Source of the DNA: Octopus vulgaris
Lineage: Eukaryota
Length of the DNA stretch: 64,000 nt
Direction: 5' to 3'
Assembly (NCBI GenBank): GCA_951406725.2
Contig: OX597840.1
Coordinates: 19,592,001 to 19,656,000, forward strand
Shown in pieces: positions 56,593-64,000 of the stretch. Position numbers and translations under genes: made by a program. Below the pieces are notes generated by a model that did not search any database, was not told where the DNA came from, and saw nothing but the letters and a program-made list of their open reading frames with translations. Each line of letters starts with the position of its first letter. The first letter of the stretch is position 1.

Positions 56593-58615
56593 TTACTTGT
56601 TTTTCGAAAGTTCTTTGTCTTTCACCTCACGGTCTTCTTCTATGAGGCTTTTGTACAGTTTTTTCGATGAGTACTTTTGAAATCTCCCTACTGCATCAGG
56701 GTAAAGAGATTTCAGGGTGCTGTATGTGTTCTGTGTCACGTGTATTATTTTAATGTGTTGTGGTGGTGTTGTGTGTGGGTGGTTACTTGTTTTTATGTCG
56801 TTTTCAGTAATGTTAGTGTTTGACCTAATGTGTTCCATTAGGTCGTGGTTGTTTGTGTTTATGGCTGTCAACATTGTTGGGGGGTTTGATGATGGTGTGT
56901 TTGTGTTGATGCGTGTGTTTTCTGTAGATGTTTTTGTTTCGGGAGTGGTGTATCTTCCCGTTTTGTTTGTTATTTTTTCTTTTCTTTTTTTCCCCTTTTT
57001 CTTCTCCCCCCTGTGGCTATTTGCCAATCTTCCGTGTCTTCTTCGTCTAATGACAAATCAGACGAATCGGAGCCTGGAAGAGGGAAAATATTGGGGTCTA
57101 TTGTCGACTGTGTTGATTTTGTTGTTGGTGTTGGTTGGTGAGCGTTTGGTTGTGGTGTATGCGGTTTTGGAGGCGGGGTTTGGGTATTTTGTGTTTGAGT
57201 GATTGTAGGTATTGTTGTGTTGTTTGGGGGCTCAAATTTGTGGGGATTTGGAGTTGTAATTGTTTCTTCATTTTTGCTGGGTGTCTTTTTGGCAGATGTC
57301 CTTGATTTGGGAGTTGGTATATTCTTGGTTGTTGTTGTTGGTGATGCTGCTTCTGTTCTTGGTCCTGCAGTTGGTGTGGTTGTTTGTTTGGTGAGGTTTG
57401 TTCCTGCAAAAAGTGGTGTGGGTAGTAAACCTTGTTTATTTGTTTTTGTTTCCGGCTGCTGTTGTTGTTGCTGTTGTTTTCTTGCGGCAGATTTGCAGTC
57501 TTTTTTAGGTGTTGCTCACTGCCGCATATGTAGCAACGTGGTCTTCTGCCATCGATGACCACATATAACTTGTGGTCGTCTGATACACATATCTGGGTGG
57601 GTATTTTTTTTATATCTTCATAGTAAAAATAGTAAAATTCGTCATTTTTACGCATAAGGCCTTTACAAGCCATAGATTATTGGCTATTTTGGGGACATTG
57701 TTTAAAGTGATCTTAGTCACTTTCAGTCCCCGATAGCTTGGTGTAAGTTGGAGTTCATCTGAGTGAAGAGTTAGCGTTGAGAAACGTCTAGCTAACTCTT
57801 CGGTGTAGAAAACAACTTGTATGTGGGCAAATTTGTTCCACCAGGTTACATATTCTTTGTGATTCCAGATGGGTTTCAAGCACTTCTCTATTTTGCTTGT
57901 GTTAGCCTTCTCTGGGTTTTTTGTTTTTTTGTTAACTATTTTATAAATGATTGTTCGTCTTTTTTCATCTTCCAAAATCTCTTCTGGTATGTTTATCTTC
58001 ACTATACCATCTGATTCTGTTATTTTAATGTTCGTGTCCTGTATTTGTTGAGCCGTAAAATATATTGTTGTTTTTTTTTTCTTTAATCGCCTCAGCGAAA
58101 TTTGTTGTTGTTTTGTTATTGTTGTTGCTTGTGGCGATGTTGTTGTTGGCTGCAGTTTGTAAAATTGGTGTGTTTGGTCTGATTGTGCAAGTAGGAAGGG
58201 GTGGAAAATTATTTTCGTAATTTATTCCTGTACTCAAGCAGCTTTTGTCAATTTGTTTGGTAGCTACAGATTTTTGTTTATTCACTTCAGTTCTTGTTGT
58301 TGGAGTGAAACAGGTCTGAACGGAATTGTAGTTGTTGTTATTGTTGTTTTTGTTGTTGGTGGTGGTGTCAGTGGCAGAAGAGGTAGCCGAGGCAGCAGAT
58401 GTCGAAATGGTGGCGCAATTTTTATTTTTGCTGTCATTGTTATTGTTGTTGCTGTTGGTAGTTGAGGTAGTGGATGAGGTGGCGGCGGTGGTGGTGGTGG
58501 TGGTGAAGGCGGTGATGGCAACAGTAGATGTGTCTATGTTGTTCTTGCTAGTGGCGGTGTTGGTGACAATGCTGTTACTACACGTAGTAGTAGCGTTCAA
58601 TGCACATTCATTCAT
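56593..58615 (-). pseudogene. LINE ORF1 (gag-like, zinc knuckle), split by several frameshifts
   Basis: Collinear fragments 58615-58025, 58002-57610, 57673-57098 and 57027-56593; CYICGSEQHLKK(DC) knuckle is restored by +1 A in an A6 run. Confidence 0.75.
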
Positions 58616-58927
58616 AATTTTACGTCGCGCGCAAAATTCTTTTTTTCTCCTAGCGTTTCCAGTCTAGGAGAAATCTGGTCGATAGAGGAACGCGACCATT
58701 GTTCCACGATAAAATTTCTAGACATTTTCTAATGTCGAGAATAAAATTACAGAAATGAAATGGGGTCGAAACTGCCCCTAGGGGCGAATTCCTCCCTTGG
58801 AAAAGCACTCAAATGAAAGTTGGGTGCCTTACACAACTTATTCACAAAAATGTACAGAAAAATTGGGCTATAAATAGTCAAAATAAAGAATTACCTTCGG
58901 AGTCGATGAGACAACACATCCATAGAC

Positions 58928-59002
<75 letters not shown>

Positions 59003-59003
<1 letters not shown>

Positions 59004-59283
59004 AGTGGCGTAGGTTTTCGATCAAAAGGAATCGTAAAAGGGAAAAAAGAAAAAAAAAAGGGAAAAAAGGGGAAGAGGAAAAAAAACGATCAATAGGGAT
59101 CGTGTATCACATTGTCATGATGTACAGTGTAAAGGGGAAAGCAGATAAGGTTTATCTGTGGGAAGAAAAGCCTACGAAAAAGACCACGGTAACCTCGGTC
59201 AATATTGTTATATGTTACAACATTTGTTTGCAAGTGGGTAACCCTCTGTTTTCAATTTCTGGGTTCATAGGATTATGCTCAGA
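59003..59283 (-). mobile_element. Truncated 3' fragment of a sister Tx1-like element, also in (GATA)n
   Basis: Shares cgatcaaaagg, atcgtgtatcaca, gtgggaagaaaagcctac..aaagaccacgg and aggat.atgctca with 52911-53131. Confidence 0.8.
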
Positions 59284-59284
59284 T

Positions 59285-59346
<62 letters not shown>

Positions 59347-59347
59347 C

Positions 59348-59410
<63 letters not shown>

Positions 59411-59419
59411 CAGATAGAC

Positions 59420-59500
<81 letters not shown>

Positions 59501-59942
59501 TGGCTGCGTACACCGCACGTGACAGTGATGACAGTTATATAGATGTGTGTGTGTGTGTTTATATTTTGTGTCTTCTCTGTTACTGCGTCTGTCTGTTCTA
59601 TGCTAGTATTAGTTTGAATTTTAGTGAATGTGTGTGTGTGTGTGAATATGTTTATAACATGTATGTTTGTGTATGATGAAGCATATTTCTCCAACAGTTC
59701 ATATCTCAGTACAAACACACACACACACACACACACACACATGTGCCTGTGAGGTGAACCGCATCCATGTTCCTATTGCTAAACAATGGCGGAAAACGTG
59801 TTGAGCGTTTTGGGAAAGCTGAGAGTGAAGTGACTAACGTCTCTGCAATGCACACGTGACCATGTGTGTGTGCGTTTGTGTGTGTGTGTACGTGTGTGTC
59901 TGTGTGCGTGTGTGAATGTGTGTGTGTGTATGTGTGTGTGTG

Positions 59943-59974
<32 letters not shown>

Positions 59975-60125
59975 TGTGTGTGTGTGCGCGCGTGTATGTG
60001 TGTGTATACGTGTGTGTGTATGTGTGTACGTGTATGTGTGCGTGTGTGTGTGAGCATGTACGTGTGTGTATGTGTGTTTGCGTGTGTATTTTGTACTTGC
60101 GTGTGTGAGAGAGAGCGAGAGCGTT

Positions 60126-60156
<31 letters not shown>

Positions 60157-60167
60157 GTGTACGTGTG

Positions 60168-60340
60168 GGATCTTTTCAGTTTGAAGGCCAGATTTTCTTA
60201 GTTAACTAAACAATTTGAAACTTCGTATACTGGTAGAATGTGTCAAAAGAAAACATAATTGTAACCCAAAATGAAAACGGAATTGTAATTTCTAAGTTTA
60301 ACGTTGTTTAATAATTCGAATTTTAACCAATGATATTCTT
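60168..60340. mobile_element. Left end of a MITE related to 26420-26840
   Basis: ggatcttttcagtttgaa...taactaaaca...aaacttcgtatactggtagaatgtgt shared; right TIR not found. Confidence 0.6.
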
Positions 60341-60789
60341 TCTTTCGACCTCATATTATTTACTGCCTCTCAAAATATTGTTACTGTGACGTAAACAGCT
60401 ATTTTGTGACGTAGTTAACGTAAACATGTAAACAGACCTACAGATTCGTTTGTAACGTAAACATCCGCTCATCGTAAATAGCTAAATTCGCTTGGCATCG
60501 TACACAGCTTTTTCAGTTCCCTAGAATTATATTTCAAAGAAAATAAAAAGAAAAAGATTCATACGCATAAATATCCATCCTTAGACATCAGAAAATGAGT
60601 GTTTAAATTATTTTCCATTGTTTGCATTGCTTACACGCACACACATACATACATACACACATACTAAAATTACATCGTTGGAGCAGTAATTTATTTATGT
60701 ATTTTTTGTTATACAATTTATTTTAAAGCTGAATCCCTATCCTGCCATTAACCCCTTTCTTATAAAATAGTTGAAGAATCTGGGGTGTA

Positions 60790-62817
60790 GGTATTGGGCC
60801 AGTATTGGAGTAGAGTGCTAAGTACACATGCCTGGTAAATCTTCATTTTTGTGGTCTTGGTCAGCTTATTGTTGTCCCATGCGCGTTTGGTGAGTTGGGC
60901 CATCACAGCAGCTGCCTTGCCAATGCGTATATTGAGCTCAGCATCAAGGGATAGGTTGTAGGTGACGGTAGAGCCAAGATAGGTAAACTTCTCCACCTCC
61001 TATACACTGTGGTCTCCAATATGTATGTTTGGGATGTCCGATGTAGCCTGACCCATGATGTTGGTCTTCTTGAGGCTGATAACTAAGCCAAAGTTGCCAA
61101 ATGCTTGCTCAAAACAGTTGCTGTGCCTTCGTAGGGCTTCTTCTGTGTGTGATACCAGAGCGGCATCATCAGCAAATAGCATCTCCTTGATCAGGATGCT
61201 TCTGAAATTTTGGTCTTGGCACGCAGACGCGAGAGATTGAACAGTTCCCCATCACTTCTACTGTGCAGAAACACTCCACCATCTGATGTCTCAAAGGCAT
61301 GTGACAGCAGCAGCGAGAAGAAGATGCCAAATAATGTAGGAGCAAGGACACAACCTTGCTCTATCCCATTTTTTATTTGGAAGGCGGCTGATGTTGAACC
61401 ATTGTGCTGTATGGTGCCTTGCATATTAGCATGGAATGATTTGATGATCCTCAGCAGCTTTGGTGGACATCCGATTTTTTGGAGCAGGATGAAGAGGCCT
61501 TTTCTACTTACCAAGTCAAAGCCCTTTGTCAGATCAATGAAGGCCATATATAATGGCATGTTCTGCTCTCTGGACTTCTGAAGTTGGCGTATGGAGAATA
61601 TCATGTCAATAGTTGATCTGCTTCTAAAGCCACACTGCGATTCTGGATAAATTCTAGAAGCAATTAGTTGCAGCCTGGACAGGATAATGCAAGCAGAGGC
61701 CTTTCCAACTGTGCTTAGAAGAGATATTCCACGGTAATTGTTACAATCATCACGGTCACTTTTATTTTTGTAAAGCGTAATGATGTTAGCATCCCGCATA
61801 TTCTGAGGGACTGTACCCTCTTACCTGCACTGACACAGAAGCTCATGAATGTGCCGAAGCAGGATGGTGTTTTTGCCGGTTTTGATGATCTCTTAAGGGG
61901 ATGCCGTCTTTTCCCGGAGCCTTGTTACTTGCTAGGGAGTCAATAGATTTGGTGAGCTCTGCTATAGATGGCAGACTGTCAAGTTCACACATGACTGGCA
62001 AGATCTTGACACCCTCGATTGCAGCCTCAGCTACCGTGGTCTCTCGTGAGTAGAGATCCTGGTAGTACTCCATCCATCTATCCATTTGCTTGCTTTGGTC
62101 CCTGATGAGATCTCCAGTAGTTGATTTCAGAGGGGCTGAGGTATTTGCGGATGGACCGAGGGCCTTCTTCAAACCGGCATACATCCCACGGGTGTCGCCA
62201 CTGTCAGCAGCTGACTGGATACTCTGACAGATTTCCTTTCAATACCCATTTGCATAGCGTCTGGCAGTCAGTTGGGTTTTATTTCTTGCCTTTCTGAGTT
62301 CTTCGTGTGACTTTGTAGAAGAACCACTCTTGTATTGCATCAGAGCTGTACGCTTTGCTTCGATAACTGGTTCCAGCTCTGAGAGCCCAGCACTGAACAA
62401 AATCTGGGTTTTACCTTTCTCTCATTCCGAAAGTAGCTATTGATGTGGTATACAAAGCTTCCCTGATATAATTCCACCTACTTTCAGCAGAGGAGGTTGG
62501 GCAGCTACTGAGGGCAACCTTGATAAAAACAGCAAAACATTGTCGCAGTGTAGGGTTCGAGGTTCTGGCAGTGTTAATGCGTGGTTGGCTAATTTTCTTG
62601 GAGTGATGGACTTTTTAGGCAGAATCCTCACCCTTCTTATTAGTGAATGATCTGTCTCACAATCCGCGCTACGGGTCAGTTGAACAGAATTCAGAAAGGA
62701 TCTTCGTGTAATGATGAGATCCAACTGATGCCAGTGGTGAGATCTTGGATGTCTCCAAGATGCCTTGTGGGATGTCTTGTTGGGAAAGAATGTGTTGGTG
62801 ATGCACAGGTTATGCAC
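60790..62817 (-). pseudogene. RTE-clade (BovB-like) LINE remnant with multiple frameshifts
   Basis: WRHPRSHHWHQLDLII, KAPGKDGIP, NYRGISLLS, PESQCGFR, AFIDLTKGFD, QGCVLAPTLF, LFADDAAL, FTYLGS. Confidence 0.92.
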
Positions 62818-62875
62818 TTACATACATACATACATATATATACGATTGATTTGTTTCAGTTCCTGTCCACGAAAT

Positions 62876-62920
<45 letters not shown>

Positions 62921-62925
<5 letters not shown>

Positions 62926-63270
62926 TGATCAAAATAAAAACATGATGCCAAGGATTCAGCGGTACATATGTTTCGGGCCTTTATTAGACAGATTTATAAC
63001 AATGCATAATGTATGTCTGTGGCCTTCTTCAGCCGCGCACAACAACTTCCACAAGGACATGTGTTACATCAAAAATTCTTGGTTGGGGATGCAAATCCTC
63101 TCATTCGCGTACGACATAATGTTATAAATCTGTCTAATAAAGGCCCGAAACATATGTACCGCTGAATCCTTGGCATCATGTTTTTATTTTGATCAATTTA
63201 CTCCTCCACCTACACCACCAAACGGTATATACAGGTGCTTACAATTATCAAGTGCTCACCCCGAATTTCT
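62921..63270. mobile_element. Penelope-like pLTR remnant with 80 bp inverted arms in (TA)n
   Basis: Arms at 62922-63001 and 63120-63199; the right arm continues ~70 bp to (TA)n. Confidence 0.72.
62959..63036 (-). ncRNA. Type I hammerhead ribozyme
   Basis: gcgg CTGAAGA aggcc...ggccc GAAA catatg TA ccgc; ACATATGT palindrome. Confidence 0.75.
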
Positions 63271-63404
63271 ATATATATATATATATATATACATACATAT
63301 ATATATGTATGTACACACACACACACACACAAAGATAAATTGATAGATACAACTGAGTGGACAAATAAAAATGTGAGACACTGCGTAGAGCTTTTTTAAA
63401 TTTT

Positions 63405-63670
63405 GATAAGCCTGGTACTTATTCTATCAGTTTCTTCTTGTGAAACCAGTATGTTATGGGGATGTAAATAAACGAAGACCAGTTGTGAAGCAGTGATGAG
63501 GGAGAAACACAAAGACACATACACAGACTTACATACATACATATATATACGATTGATTTCTTTCAGTTTCTGTCTACAAAATCCACTGACAAGGCTTTGG
63601 TTGGTCTCAGGCTATAGTAGAAGACACATGCCAAATTACCACACAGTGGGACTGAACTGAGAACCATGCG
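63405..63670 (-). mobile_element. Diverged SINE family 1 copy
   Basis: Family 1 motifs (aagcctggtacttattctatc, caaggctttgg, gtgggactgaac); other diverged pieces at ~3470-3700, 15765-15920, 20569-20725, 21421-21515, 23811-24075 and 31756-31930. Confidence 0.75.
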
Positions 63671-64000
63671 TTTTGGAACCATAAGAATACTTATGCATAA
63701 ATCTAAAATCTTAAATAATTTCTTTGTTATTGTAGTATATATCAGTAAAAAATGGAATATTCCCAAAATTGCATGATTAACTAAACGATTTTCATTTCTT
63801 ATTTAAACGTGGCAATCCTCTTGAAAAACTTGAGAAAAAAATCGATACTCAAAAACGAAACGTGAGTTTTTTTTCTGAAATATTGTTGTTGAATTGAAAG
63901 TTAGTAGTTTATTGTTGCTGTGTTAATATTGTTATTTTGTGTCTTTTCAATAAGACGGTTAGTGGCCTTCGCGCGAAGGTTGTGTACGTAGTTCCCCCCC

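Larger units (their letters stand above)
52781..58920 (-). mobile_element. Near full-length Tx1/L1-group non-LTR retrotransposon inserted in (GATA)n
   Basis: 5'UTR, broken ORF1, intact ORF2, 3'UTR with AATAAA; pure (GATA)n on both sides. Confidence 0.92.

Overview
Eukaryotic (animal) intergenic or intronic DNA with no recognisable host gene. The microsatellite load and SINE families suggest an octopus-like cephalopod genome (inference). Most ORFs in the track are artefacts of (TA)n, (CA)n, (TATG)n, (GATA)n, (GAA)n and (TTTC)n tracts. All real coding remnants are transposon-derived: a near full-length Tx1/L1-group LINE with intact ORF2 in a (GATA)n array (52781-58920), decayed RTE, CR1-like and R4/Dong-like LINEs, a DD37E Tc1-type remnant and a mariner end. 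The window also holds a Helitron, a Merlin-like MITE and three tRNA-derived SINE families. The main hidden signal is about ten minimal type I hammerhead ribozyme (HHR) motifs in short non-coding elements lying in or beside (TA)n tracts, often as partial tandem or inverted copies (Penelope-like/retrozyme architecture). Among them are a ~360-nt structured unit present as two diverged subfamilies with a U3-A8 variant core and stem covariation, and a tRNA-headed SINE with an HHR tail. A second SINE family carries internal modules matching the 3' end of the Tx1 LINE. All structures were read by eye; no folding or database searches were run.
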